Part shown: piece by piece, positions 1-9,436 of the stretch | Numbering within the stretch: position 1 is the first letter of the stretch | Layout of the letters: each line of letters begins with the position of its first letter | DNA from: Alphaproteobacteria bacterium | GTDB lineage: Bacteria > Pseudomonadota > Alphaproteobacteria > SPJN01 | Assembly: GCA_965229935.1 (NCBI GenBank) | Contig: CBDDKB010000002.1 | Location: forward strand, 772,165 to 836,164 | Length of the DNA stretch: 64,000 nt | Direction: 5' to 3' | Made by a program: the position numbers and the translations under genes | The notes under the pieces: generated by a model | What the model was told of the DNA's origin: nothing | Seen by the model: the letters and a program-made list of their open reading frames with translations, nothing else | Databases searched by the model: none

Positions 1-494
1 TCGGCTGGGTCATGGCGTTAAGCTATGCGATTTGTTGCGGTCTGCGATTAGCCCGTTTTAACGTTGCCCATGATGATCCTGACAGGCCCTTGTGGATGGC
101 ATCTTATTTTACGGGTGTGCCATCACCTGCCGGAGCGATGCTGGTCTTTGTGCCATTCTTTGCAGTCTTTATGGGGGCAGACTGGTTGCTGGATATCCCA
201 GCGCTTATAGCTGTTTATACAGGGTTGATCGGTCTGTTGATGGTCAGTTCCATTCCGACATATTCGTTTAAGCGTCTGCGTGTGCGCGGTGACCTTGTTC
301 TGCCGCTGTTGCTGGTGGTGGCGCTTGTGGCAGCAAGCTTTGCGACCAACCCGTGGGAAAGCCTGCTGGTGTTAGCGTTAAGCTATGCCGCCCTGTTGCC
401 ACTATCCTACATCACCTTCCGCCGTCGTCTGGCGAAGGAGCCTGATTATAGCCTTGAAGAAGAAACCGAAGGGCCGCCCATCTCTCTTGATTGA
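1..494 (+). CDS. CDP-diacylglycerol--serine O-phosphatidyltransferase (phosphatidylserine synthase), 3' part; the ORF runs off the left edge of the window
   Basis: The ORF is open to the window start (frame of nt 3). The C-terminal CGLRLARFN motif is typical of CDP-alcohol phosphatidyltransferase / PssA-type enzymes, and several TM helices follow. Confidence 0.55.
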   Translation, partial: GWVMALSYAICCGLRLARFNVAHDDPDRPLWMASYFTGVPSPAGAMLVFVPFFAVFMGADWLLDIPALIAVYTGLIGLLMVSSIPTYSFKRLRVRGDLVLPLLLVVALVAASFATNPWESLLVLALSYAALLPLSYITFRRRLAKEPDYSLEEETEGPPISLD

Positions 495-527
495 TTAGGC
501 AGCCCCTCTTGTTTGGGTAAGCGCAGG

Positions 528-3500
528 CTATTCCGCAGGGCTATGTTCTGCATCCCGTGCTTTGATTCCGGTTAGTTTTCTGATGCGTGGGCCGTATTTC
601 CGGCGAACATGATCCGGCAGCGCCAGCATGCAGGGGGTGATGACCAATGTCAGCACCGTGGCGAAGGCAAGGCCGAACACAATGGCGGTTGCCAACTGAA
701 CCCACCAGCCTGAGGTTGGCGCGTCATAGCTGATCTGGCGGGCGAAGAAATCCACATTCACGCTGTAAGCCATCGGTAGAATGCCGCAAATTGTGGTGAT
801 CGTCGTCAGCAGCACAGGGCGCAATCGTTGCGCACCTGTGCGAACCACAGCCTCCACCACGCTTTGTCCCGAAGCGTGAAGCCTTTGATAGGTATCAACC
901 AACACAATATTGTTGTTCACCACAATCCCGGCCAGCGCGATAATCCCCGTGCCGGTCATAATGACAGAGAATGTCTGATCGCGGATCATCATGCCCAAAA
1001 GCACGCCCACAGTGGACAACACGATTGAGGTTAGGATCAGGAACGCATGATAAAAACTGTTGAATTGTGTGACCAAAATGATGCCCATCAGGAACAATGA
1101 AAACAGCAAGGCACCGCCCAGAAATTCAGCAGATTCCTGTTGCTCTTCATTCGTGCCACGGAAGGCAATTTTCACATCAGGGTGAATGTCCTGCTGCTCA
1201 AGCCATGCCGCAACCTGACGAACCTGTGTGTCGGCCAAATAGCCAGTGTCGGGGTTGGCCTTGATATTCATCACCGTCCGCCCGTTTGACTTGTTGATAG
1301 ATGAAAGGCGCGGCGCAGGTTCCGTTGTCACAAAATTAGAAATTGGCACCGGACCGTTAGGCGTGGACAGGCGCAGCTTATCGAGCGCTTCGATGGAGCG
1401 GTCCTCGACGGGGAAGCGGACGCGGATGTCAACTTCGTCATCAGCGTCGTCCGGGCGGTAATTGCCGATCAGAATACCGTTTGTAACAAGCTGGACCACA
1501 CCGCCAACTGTGGTGACATCGGCCCCGAAACGGGCGGCCTGTTCACGGTCAATCTTCAAACGCCAATCAATGCCGGGCAGGGGACGACTGTCGTCAATGT
1601 CGATGACGCCCTCAACCTCTTTTTCAAGATAGGTGCGGACGCGGCCAACCTCGGCAATCATGGCGTTCTTGTTGGTTGATGAAAATTCAATATTGATTTG
1701 CTTGTCGTCGCTGGGGCCGTTTTGTCGTTTATAGATTTCGACATGAACGCCGGGCAAATTGCGTGTCTTTGCGCGGATTGCGTCCAGTATCTCTGTCGCT
1801 TTGCGCCTGGTCCGCCATTCGGTGAACTCTAAGTTAATCGTCGCAATAGCGTCAGAGGGCAATTCCTGCCCGCGAGAGCCAAGCTCTGTCCCGATTTCGG
1901 TAAAGGCGATGCTGATGCCCGGCTCATCAAGCACGATTTTCTCGACATCAAGGGTAATCCGCTCCAGCTCATAGGGAGACATGTTGCCCCGTGCGCTGAC
2001 AATCAGCACCGCCTGATCTGGTTCGGAACTGCTGAAATATTCGACGCCTCGCCCCATATAGCTGAAGGCAACAATGATTGTGCTAAGGACAAGTATAGCG
2101 ATTGTAATCATTTGTAAGGGGCGCTGTACGACCCAATTCAGCATGCGGGCATATCGGCCTGTGAAGCCTGCCAATTGTGTGACATCGCCTGTTTCAGCAA
2201 CAGACAATGCCTTTAGGGTCTTGTTGTTGCCGCCGGATGTCTTGCCGATATAGCCACCAAGAACGGGCATGAACACAAGCGCCATTAGTAGAGAGCCTGA
2301 CAAAACATAAATCAATGTCAGTGGCAGATAGGACATGAATTCCCCTGTCACGCCGGGCCATGCCAGCATGGGGAAAAAGGCCGCTAGTGTCGTCGCGGTA
2401 GAGGAAATGATGGGCCACACCATGCGTTTTGATGCGGTGGCATAGGCCTCCTTCCTATGAAGGCCCTCGGCCATTTTGCGGTCGGCAAGTTCGACAACCA
2501 CAATCGCCCCGTCAACCAATAGGCCGACAGACAGCACCAAACCAAACATCACCATCATATTGATGGTGGAGCCTGTCAGAGACAGAACAACAAAACCGAA
2601 CATGAATGAGGACGGGATAGCGATCCCAACCAAAAAGCCTGACCGTAACCCAAGCGCGGCCACAACGATGATCATCACCAACACAATGGCGGTGGACACA
2701 GCGGCCTGCAATTCGGCCTGTGTTTCAAATACCCACCGGGATTGATCAGAGGTAAAGTTCACAATCACGCCGGGGGGAATATCTGCGGCTGATGCTTCAA
2801 CCACGTCACGAACTGCCTGGGTTGCCAAAATGGCGTTTTCGCCCAAACGTTTGATTGCCCAAACGGCAACAGAAGGCTTGCCATTTACGCGCGCAATGCT
2901 TTGCACATCTTTGAATGTGCGGCGTACTTCGGCAATATCACCAAGGGTGACAATGCTATCGCCTTGCGCCTTAATTGGCATTTCAAGTACATCTGCGCGG
3001 GTTTCAAACAGGCCCGGCACCTTCACGGAAAAACGTGATTGGTTGCCTTGCATCGCACCCGCTGCGATCAAGCGATTGTTTGATTGTGCGGCGTTGAAAA
3101 GCTCACCCGCTGTAACGCCATAGGAATCCATTTTGGCGGGGTCGATTATGACCTCAAGCAGCTCTTCACGTTCCCCGACAATAAAGGCGTCAGAGATTTC
3201 GGAAATCTGCATAAACCGATCTTCAAGAATGCGCGCGGTGTGTAGCAGCGTTCGTTCAGGCAAATCGCCTGACAGGGTGACGCCAATAACAGGGAACAGG
3301 CTGGCGTTAAACTCCTGAACCTTTGGCTCTTCGGCGTCGCTGGGCAAATCTGGTTTGGCAAGGTCAACCTTTTCCCGGACATCGGCAACTGCGGTGTCGG
3401 GATCGAAGCTCGCGTCAAATTCAAGAAAGATCGCGGCGTAATTTTCGGTTGCCAGCGAGTTGATTTCTTTCAGGCCTTCAAGCCCTTGCAATTGCTGTTC

Positions 3501-3704
3501 CAAGGGACGGACCAGCAATCGTTCAGAATCTTCAGGTGAGATACCTTCATGGACGACATGAACCTGCACAAACGGGATCGGGATATCAGGATCAGCTTCC
3601 TTGGGCACACTGTTGTAACTGATAATGCCGAAAATCAGCATCAGTATAAAGGACGCCAGGACTGTTTTGGAACGGCCTATAATGCCGTCAATGACCGCTT
3701 CCAT
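528..3704 (-). CDS. RND (HAE1 family, AcrB/AcrD-like) multidrug efflux inner-membrane transporter
   Basis: 1058 aa with 12-TM architecture, two large periplasmic loops and an AcrB-like N-terminus. It lies 11 nt downstream of the membrane-fusion gene. Confidence 0.9.
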   Translation of the reverse strand: MEAVIDGIIGRSKTVLASFILMLIFGIISYNSVPKEADPDIPIPFVQVHVVHEGISPEDSERLLVRPLEQQLQGLEGLKEINSLATENYAAIFLEFDASFDPDTAVADVREKVDLAKPDLPSDAEEPKVQEFNASLFPVIGVTLSGDLPERTLLHTARILEDRFMQISEISDAFIVGEREELLEVIIDPAKMDSYGVTAGELFNAAQSNNRLIAAGAMQGNQSRFSVKVPGLFETRADVLEMPIKAQGDSIVTLGDIAEVRRTFKDVQSIARVNGKPSVAVWAIKRLGENAILATQAVRDVVEASAADIPPGVIVNFTSDQSRWVFETQAELQAAVSTAIVLVMIIVVAALGLRSGFLVGIAIPSSFMFGFVVLSLTGSTINMMVMFGLVLSVGLLVDGAIVVVELADRKMAEGLHRKEAYATASKRMVWPIISSTATTLAAFFPMLAWPGVTGEFMSYLPLTLIYVLSGSLLMALVFMPVLGGYIGKTSGGNNKTLKALSVAETGDVTQLAGFTGRYARMLNWVVQRPLQMITIAILVLSTIIVAFSYMGRGVEYFSSSEPDQAVLIVSARGNMSPYELERITLDVEKIVLDEPGISIAFTEIGTELGSRGQELPSDAIATINLEFTEWRTRRKATEILDAIRAKTRNLPGVHVEIYKRQNGPSDDKQINIEFSSTNKNAMIAEVGRVRTYLEKEVEGVIDIDDSRPLPGIDWRLKIDREQAARFGADVTTVGGVVQLVTNGILIGNYRPDDADDEVDIRVRFPVEDRSIEALDKLRLSTPNGPVPISNFVTTEPAPRLSSINKSNGRTVMNIKANPDTGYLADTQVRQVAAWLEQQDIHPDVKIAFRGTNEEQQESAEFLGGALLFSLFLMGIILVTQFNSFYHAFLILTSIVLSTVGVLLGMMIRDQTFSVIMTGTGIIALAGIVVNNNIVLVDTYQRLHASGQSVVEAVVRTGAQRLRPVLLTTITTICGILPMAYSVNVDFFARQISYDAPTSGWWVQLATAIVFGLAFATVLTLVITPCMLALPDHVRRKYGPRIRKLTGIKARDAEHSPAE

Positions 3705-3715
3705 GATCGTATCCC

Positions 3716-4846
3716 CTATGATGCCTCATCCACAGTGGGGGAGCCGGCCTTTTGCAGCGCGCTGCCTTCCTTTTCCCCGACATAGACAAGATTGATCTGT
3801 TCACCTTCAACCACATATTCCTGACCGACCACAATGATCGTGGCTTCGCTGGGCAGTCCTGTCAGCCAAACACCATCCCGTGTCTCGCTGGCGATTTTGG
3901 TGGGCACGAAATTGACACGCTGATCGGAATCAACTGTCTTAACGCCGATTTGCCCCGCATCATTCAGGGTAAGCGCCGCAGCGGTAACAAGGTGAGCCGG
4001 CACCGCCGCGCCATCAAGTGACATGGTTGCTGTCACGCCTTCGCGCAGAGTGTGATTGGGATTGGCAAGTTCAACCTCAACCTCAAAGGTGCGTGTAACA
4101 GGTTGGGCCGTTTTGGCGACAAAGCGAACTGTGCCGGTGATTTCTTCACCCGTGACCAGTTTGATACGGGCAGGGGCGCCGACAATCACATGCCCGACTT
4201 CTTGTTCTGACAATTGTGCGGTGACTAGGAATGGGTCTTCGTCGACCAAAACTGCGCAGACAGTGCCGGGGGCAAGATAGCCGCCCACCTCTGTTGGCAG
4301 GTCTTCCACCACGCCGTCAAACGGCGCGCGGATGATGGTGTTATCAAGTTCAACCTGCATGCGTTTTACCAACGCTTGGGCAGCGTCATATTGTGCCTTG
4401 GCCGCGGCGACCGCGGTGTCTGACCGATGGCCCTTTTGGGCAAGGCTTTGTGCTGCTTCATATTCCAACTGGCGCAAGGTCATGGTGGCCTGTGCCTCTG
4501 CCATACGTGCCTCGCGGTCCTGTTTGGCAAGCCGGCACAACACACCGTTCTTTTTGACAAGATCACCTTTTTTGCGGGGCAGTTCGATGATACGTGCGCC
4601 TGTTTCAGCCAATACGTGAACAGTGCGCGAGGCCTCTGTTCTGCCGGAAAAGGTCATGGTCCGTTGCTGTGGGCGCGCGACGGACCGTTGAACCTGAACG
4701 GTCACGCGATCTACATTTTCGGCATTTTGCTTGTTGATCGAGGCGGCAGGTTCAATGACCGTGCCCTGATCGCGGATAATCCCACTTGTCAGCCACAAGC
4801 CGATAATGATGGCGATGGCGATTGCTATGATGACGGACCGATTCAT
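3716..4846 (-). CDS. RND efflux periplasmic adaptor (membrane fusion protein, HlyD/AcrA family)
   Basis: N-terminal TM anchor, then coiled-coil and beta-barrel regions typical of membrane fusion proteins. The start was refined to the ATG at 4846 (MNRSVIIA...) rather than the ORF-track start at 4921. Confidence 0.8.
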   Translation of the reverse strand: MNRSVIIAIAIAIIIGLWLTSGIIRDQGTVIEPAASINKQNAENVDRVTVQVQRSVARPQQRTMTFSGRTEASRTVHVLAETGARIIELPRKKGDLVKKNGVLCRLAKQDREARMAEAQATMTLRQLEYEAAQSLAQKGHRSDTAVAAAKAQYDAAQALVKRMQVELDNTIIRAPFDGVVEDLPTEVGGYLAPGTVCAVLVDEDPFLVTAQLSEQEVGHVIVGAPARIKLVTGEEITGTVRFVAKTAQPVTRTFEVEVELANPNHTLREGVTATMSLDGAAVPAHLVTAAALTLNDAGQIGVKTVDSDQRVNFVPTKIASETRDGVWLTGLPSEATIIVVGQEYVVEGEQINLVYVGEKEGSALQKAGSPTVDEAS

Positions 4847-4898
4847 CGAAATACCTGCTTTTATGCGCGCGTTTTGGAGGTGTAATAGTGGCGGGCGC

Positions 4899-4935
4899 AT
4901 GACACATGTTCCCCCAAACATATATAGAGTGTCAT
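4899..4935. promoter_or_regulatory. Inverted repeat ATGACAC-N23-GTGTCAT in the RND operon leader, a candidate operator
   Basis: 7-bp inverted arms read directly, 50-90 bp upstream of the membrane-fusion start and spanning an AT-rich TATATA element. Confidence 0.25.
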
Positions 4936-5156
4936 CGCCCCATCAATCGACCCCTTGTATCGGACGCGGGGCGTTACAAATCAAGGGCCATTTGGGCGCA
5001 GCTTCCCCGGTAAAATAGTCTGGATTTCCGTGTGTTCGGGGGAAAACTGCGGCACCGTGTCCAAAATCTGGGAGATTGAGGCCATTGACCCCGCCGTCAG
5101 GCGGCAATATTGTCCGCCCCTATTCGATTGGCGCGGTGATTCAGCCGCCAGCCTGT

Positions 5157-5230
5157 TGGGGAATAGTTTAACGGTAGAACTCCGGACTCTGACTCCGGCA
5201 GTCCTGGTTCGAATCCAGGTTCCCCAGCCA
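5157..5230 (+). tRNA. tRNA-Gln (anticodon CUG)
   Basis: Cloverleaf folded by hand. The acceptor stem is TGGGGAA/TTCCCCA. The anticodon stem is CCGGA/TCCGG with loop CTCTGAC: U33, anticodon CTG, A37. The T-arm CCTGGTTCGAATCCAGG is identical to E. coli tRNA-Gln. Discriminator G plus CCA are encoded. Confidence 0.9.
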
Positions 5231-5249
5231 GTTTTCCTGATAGTCAGAT

Positions 5250-5271
5250 GAAAATGCGGTGCTGCGGCACC
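5250..5271 (-). terminator. Putative intrinsic terminator after the methyltransferase/SnoaL-like operon
   Basis: On the minus strand a GGTGC/GCACC hairpin with a 4-nt loop is followed by a U-run (the A-run at 5251-5254 on the plus strand), immediately after the stop at 5272. Confidence 0.35.
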
Positions 5272-6015
5272 CTATGGCTTGATCATCACAAAGAACGCAT
5301 AACCAAAATAATCTGAATATTTTTCGAACATGTTGATTTCGTGCTGCGATTCTTCAAGGACTTCGCGTGCTTCTGGGCAATCTTTCCATTCAGTTGCCTT
5401 TTGATGCAGCAGGGTCTGCATCGGATCGTAATAGTGTGTAACCCACGCATTGTTTGGCAGGGTGAAAGTGCCGACGCTTTCATAGCCAAGCTGGCTGATA
5501 ATGTTCTGCTTGGCTTCGATCGTGTCGATTTCAGGATATTGGCGCCAATACTCCACCAACTCAGCCGGTTGATCCGGCTTTAGCCACACGACCTCGCTTA
5601 CCGCAACGGCGCCGCCGGGGCGGACAAACGGCTTTACCTTTTTCAGGCCATTCTCGAAGCCTAAATTGTAAATCGCACCTTCTGACCAAATGATGTCGAA
5701 AGTATCATCGTCGAAATCCATGCTGGTCATATCCTGCTGCAGGAGTTCTAACCGATGACCGACACCTGCTGCATCTGCGGCTGCTTTTGTTCGTTCAAGC
5801 ATGATGGGCAAAAAGTCTAGCGCGACCGCGGTGCCGCCGGAAATCTTCAAAAGCTCTACCGTTTGTCTGCCCGGCCCACAGCCAACATCAAGAATCTTTG
5901 GGGCAGAGAAGCGGTCAGACAGCAGGCCATAGGCCTTCCGTGTACAGTTATTCGTGCCCGGTCCAGCAGTTGGCAGGGCGGTGTAAAGGTCGAGGAAATA
6001 GTCCCATTTTTCCAT
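5272..6015 (-). CDS. Class I SAM-dependent methyltransferase
   Basis: Motif I LDVGCGPGRQTVELL (the GxGxG SAM-binding loop). The start was refined to the ATG at 6015, 1 nt after the upstream gene's stop; the ORF-track start at 6147 would overlap that gene by 130 nt. Confidence 0.75.
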   Translation of the reverse strand: MEKWDYFLDLYTALPTAGPGTNNCTRKAYGLLSDRFSAPKILDVGCGPGRQTVELLKISGGTAVALDFLPIMLERTKAAADAAGVGHRLELLQQDMTSMDFDDDTFDIIWSEGAIYNLGFENGLKKVKPFVRPGGAVAVSEVVWLKPDQPAELVEYWRQYPEIDTIEAKQNIISQLGYESVGTFTLPNNAWVTHYYDPMQTLLHQKATEWKDCPEAREVLEESQHEINMFEKYSDYFGYAFFVMIKP

Positions 6016-6016
6016 C

Positions 6017-6394
6017 TCAGGCACCAAACTCGCTATGGAAGGTTGCGCTGTCCACAAACTCTTCAAGACGGGTGATGCGGGTCTCATCACATTCAAAAAA
6101 GATTGCCGCATGAATGGCAAAAGCAGACCCGTCAGGCTTTTCAGCATGCAGTATATGTGATTGCGCTACACCGTCTGGGGTAGGGTAACGCCTCAAAACT
6201 TCGTAACGCGGGCGCTGCAAAACACCAAAGACATTGTGCAGAATTTTCATACTGCCGGCACGGTCCTTTTCTTTGTTATCTGTGTTGTGCCAGACGATCA
6301 CATCATCTGCGTAGATGGCTTCTACGGTAGCAAAATCTCCTGCCTCAAGCGCCGCAAAAAATCGCTCGATCAGAGTAAGTCGTTTGTCAGTCAT
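6017..6394 (-). CDS. NTF2/SnoaL-like (ketosteroid isomerase-like) small protein
   Basis: 125 aa; the N-terminal LIERFFAALEAGDFATVEAIYADDVIVWHN matches the SnoaL/NTF2-like fold signature. It is translationally adjacent to the methyltransferase. Confidence 0.6.
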   Translation of the reverse strand: MTDKRLTLIERFFAALEAGDFATVEAIYADDVIVWHNTDNKEKDRAGSMKILHNVFGVLQRPRYEVLRRYPTPDGVAQSHILHAEKPDGSAFAIHAAIFFECDETRITRLEEFVDSATFHSEFGA

Positions 6395-6525
6395 TTATGT
6401 TCTCCGCTGTTTTGATCAACTTACAACAAACTCCTTGTCTGCCAACTATCCAAGTTGACTAGATTGCTGATTCCTCCCCACCAAGCTATATTGCCAGCCT
6501 AAAACAAAATTAGGCGGGGGTATTT

Positions 6526-8247
6526 ATGGCACGCATATTGCGCGGGTTGCTGATCATACTGGCTATGGTCATTGTTGTTGCGGGGCTTGGCGGTTTTGCC
6601 CTTTATCGTCAGTGGAACCCTGCGCCGCCTGCGGCACAGGTTTTCTATAATGGGCCTGTACTGACCATGAATGCCGATAATGACATTGCCGATGCAGTCC
6701 TGGTGAAAGGCAATGCTATCGCGATGGTTGGCGCGACAGATGATGTGCTGGCAGCAGCGCCCGAAAGTGCCATCCGCCATGACTTAAAGGGCAGGGCGCT
6801 GATGCCGGGCTTTATTGATGCCCATGGTCATTATCCCGGTTGGGGGGTGATGAGTGTCGCGGTCAATCTCTCAAGCCCTCCCGTCGGGAACGTCCGCACC
6901 ATAGACGAGATTAAGGCCCTGATCGCGGCCAAGGCTGCCACTGCCGCGCCGGGCGCGTGGATCGTTGGCATGGGCTATGACGATACATTGATTGCCGAAA
7001 TGCGCCACCCAACCGCGGCTGACCTTGATGAGGTTGCCCCAGATAATCCGGTCGGGATCCTGCATGTGTCAGGTCACATGTTGGTTGTGAATTCCCGCGC
7101 CATGCAGGAAATGGCGGTTGATAAAAACACACCTGATCCTGAGGGGGGCGAGATTGTCCGTTATGAGGACGGCTCGCCGACCGGGCTGATGAAGGAAACG
7201 GCAACCTATATCTTCCAGCCCAAATTGTTGGGCTTTGGCCCCGCGGATATTTTAACGCTGTTGCAGGCGGGGAATGACGATTATCTCTATAAGGGGGTAA
7301 CAACCGCGCAAAATGGCCTGTCAGACAAAATGATGTTTGAACCCTTGGGCTGGGCATCCCGCGTCGGCTTTATCCCGATCCGCATCGTCTCTTTGGTTGA
7401 TGCGGAATTCGCGCTGGAATCGATGCAGACAGGCACGCTGTTTGATTTTGAAAGCGACAAGTATCATGTGGCGGGGGTTAAAATCGTCACCGATGGGTCC
7501 ATTCAGGGCTATACTGGGTATTTGGGCGAACCGTATTTTGTTCCCCATACAAGCCATGGCCCTGACTATCGCGGCTATCCGATCTATCAGGCAGATGACT
7601 TGAACGATCTTGTTTCACGTTCAATGCAGGCAGGATTGCGGCCCTATTTGCATGGCAATGGCGATGCATCGATTGACATGATTTTGGATGCGGTGGAGTT
7701 GGGGCAGCAGGCTGCGCCCACTATGCACGATGCGTGGCCTGTGATCATTCATGCGCAGATGATGCGGTCCGACCAGATCGCACGGGCAAAGGCGCTTTCT
7801 GTCAGCCCCAGTTTTTTCAACGCCCATGTCTATTATTGGGGGGATCGACATCGGGATATTTTTATGGGGCCAGAACGGGCCGCGAGGATGAGCCCGATGA
7901 ATGAGGCTTTGATGGCAGAGCTACCCTTTACGTTGCATCTCGACACGCCGATTGTGCCGATGGACCCTTGGGTCATGATCTGGTCTGCGGTTGAACGGCA
8001 AACATCAAGCGGCAATGTGTTGGGCCCGGATCAACGGATCAGCCTGATGCAAGCCATTCGCGGCACGACGATTGACGCTGCATGGCAGGCAGGGCTTGCG
8101 GACAAGACAGGTAGTATCGAGCAGGGCAAATGGGCTGATCTGATCATTGTTGATCAAGACCCGCGCACCGCAACAGACTTGCGGGCGATCAAGACCATCG
8201 CAACATTTGTCGGTGGCGTGGAACATTATCGGGCAGGCGCGAACTGA
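6526..8247 (+). CDS. Amidohydrolase family 3 (YtcJ-like metal-dependent hydrolase) with an N-terminal membrane anchor or signal
   Basis: N-terminal hydrophobic helix, the PGFIDAHGHY metal-binding HxH motif, and a length of about 570 aa typical of the amidohydrolase 3 family. Confidence 0.85.
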   Translation: MARILRGLLIILAMVIVVAGLGGFALYRQWNPAPPAAQVFYNGPVLTMNADNDIADAVLVKGNAIAMVGATDDVLAAAPESAIRHDLKGRALMPGFIDAHGHYPGWGVMSVAVNLSSPPVGNVRTIDEIKALIAAKAATAAPGAWIVGMGYDDTLIAEMRHPTAADLDEVAPDNPVGILHVSGHMLVVNSRAMQEMAVDKNTPDPEGGEIVRYEDGSPTGLMKETATYIFQPKLLGFGPADILTLLQAGNDDYLYKGVTTAQNGLSDKMMFEPLGWASRVGFIPIRIVSLVDAEFALESMQTGTLFDFESDKYHVAGVKIVTDGSIQGYTGYLGEPYFVPHTSHGPDYRGYPIYQADDLNDLVSRSMQAGLRPYLHGNGDASIDMILDAVELGQQAAPTMHDAWPVIIHAQMMRSDQIARAKALSVSPSFFNAHVYYWGDRHRDIFMGPERAARMSPMNEALMAELPFTLHLDTPIVPMDPWVMIWSAVERQTSSGNVLGPDQRISLMQAIRGTTIDAAWQAGLADKTGSIEQGKWADLIIVDQDPRTATDLRAIKTIATFVGGVEHYRAGAN

Positions 8248-9270
8248 TCAGGGGGTAACCGGGTGCAGCGTGGTCCTGATAAGGTCATCGTCGCGCAATA
8301 GCTGCCGCAAATCAGCAGAGCCTTGTTCCACCAATTGGTGTTGTTTATCTATGATAGCTGTTTGCCAGCTTGGGCGTGCTTTCAGACGATCAAAATAGGC
8401 AGCCACATTGCTTAGATCACTGTGCGACTTGTAATAATCAAGCCAGCCAGTTTCGTCGATGCGCAGCAAGGCACTGGCGAGCGTGATGTCTGCCAATGTG
8501 AATTGATCGCCCAATATCCAGTCGCCGGCTGATTGGCCAAGCGCATCGTCCAGCTTTTTCAAATGATTGCGTGCTGCATCACGTGCGCCACCCACAAGGT
8601 CAGTCAGGGGCTTTGCACGCATCAAACCGCGCAGGCCGAACAGCTTGGCAGCGGTGAAAAAGAAGGGGCGTTTCTTGTCAGGATGAAATAGCAGCCCCGG
8701 CACCAGTTTGCCGAAGCTGATATACTGCATCATGGTCACAAAGATCGGCATGGTCAGGGCGGGGACGCAAGGCCCCAATCGGCCTTCCTGATTACCCAAA
8801 GGGTCGTCATTAGTGATGTTGCAATAGTCAAGCCAGAGGTTCATCTCTGCCAGCTTATCAGGATCGGTCGGGGTCAGTTGCGGCGCATCGGCTGCTGCGT
8901 GGGCGGCGGCATATTTCAGAATATCGTCTGATTCATAGATCGGATTGCCGTTATGAACCAGTACAGGCAATATACCAGCCGGATTGACCTTTAAGTAGGC
9001 TGGGCTGATGGTTTCATACTGGCCTGTTTCAACCAGATCTATGGGCCTATGGGTATAGGTGATCCCCAATTCTGCCATGGCAAGCCGTGCCTTGCGCGAA
9101 CAGTGGGAGAATGAGTTGCTGTAAAGCTCAAACTCATCCTCATAGGGCAGGGTAATATCAGTGTGAATGCCACCAGCCATCGGGTGCGATTTGCGGCGTG
9201 ATTTTTCAACCCCATACCAGACCACAAATATGGCGAGTATAACCAGTGTGATGAGCAGCCCTGTGGACAT
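8248..9270 (-). CDS. Glutathione S-transferase family protein (Cys-type active site) with an N-terminal transmembrane anchor
   Basis: N-terminal TM helix, a thioredoxin-like GST N-domain (ELYSNSFSHCSRKARLAMAELGI...ILPVLVHNGNPIYESDDI) and a helical C-domain. A strong SD (GAGGGAGG) precedes the ATG at 9270. Confidence 0.7.
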   Translation of the reverse strand: MSTGLLITLVILAIFVVWYGVEKSRRKSHPMAGGIHTDITLPYEDEFELYSNSFSHCSRKARLAMAELGITYTHRPIDLVETGQYETISPAYLKVNPAGILPVLVHNGNPIYESDDILKYAAAHAAADAPQLTPTDPDKLAEMNLWLDYCNITNDDPLGNQEGRLGPCVPALTMPIFVTMMQYISFGKLVPGLLFHPDKKRPFFFTAAKLFGLRGLMRAKPLTDLVGGARDAARNHLKKLDDALGQSAGDWILGDQFTLADITLASALLRIDETGWLDYYKSHSDLSNVAAYFDRLKARPSWQTAIIDKQHQLVEQGSADLRQLLRDDDLIRTTLHPVTP

Positions 9271-9380
9271 GATAGCCTCCCTCTTTTCAGCCCTACCTAA
9301 GAAGGATGATGGCTGATTACAAGGAAAAGCGGGGCGTGCAATTTGGTAAATCTGGAGAATTTACGCGCGTAATGCGCCGC

Positions 9381-9425
9381 AAAAAGGCCGGATAGTTGGC
9401 CAAAATGGCAAGATACCCGGCCTTT
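9381..9425 (-). terminator. Intrinsic terminator downstream of the outer membrane protein gene
   Basis: On the minus strand, an AAAGGCCGG/CCGGCCTTT stem with a long loop is followed by a TTTTT run. Confidence 0.45.
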
Positions 9426-9436
9426 GCGTTGTCGAA

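Noticed and set aside
6911-7357. 148-aa minus-strand ORF, plus several shorter ones, inside the amidohydrolase gene
   Set aside because: It is fully antisense to a well-supported CDS, has a Pro/Arg/Ser-rich low-complexity translation, and has no SD.
5231-8300. Genomic island integrated at tRNA-Gln
   Set aside because: No integrase, transposase or direct repeat of the tRNA 3' end was seen. The downstream genes are ordinary metabolic enzymes.
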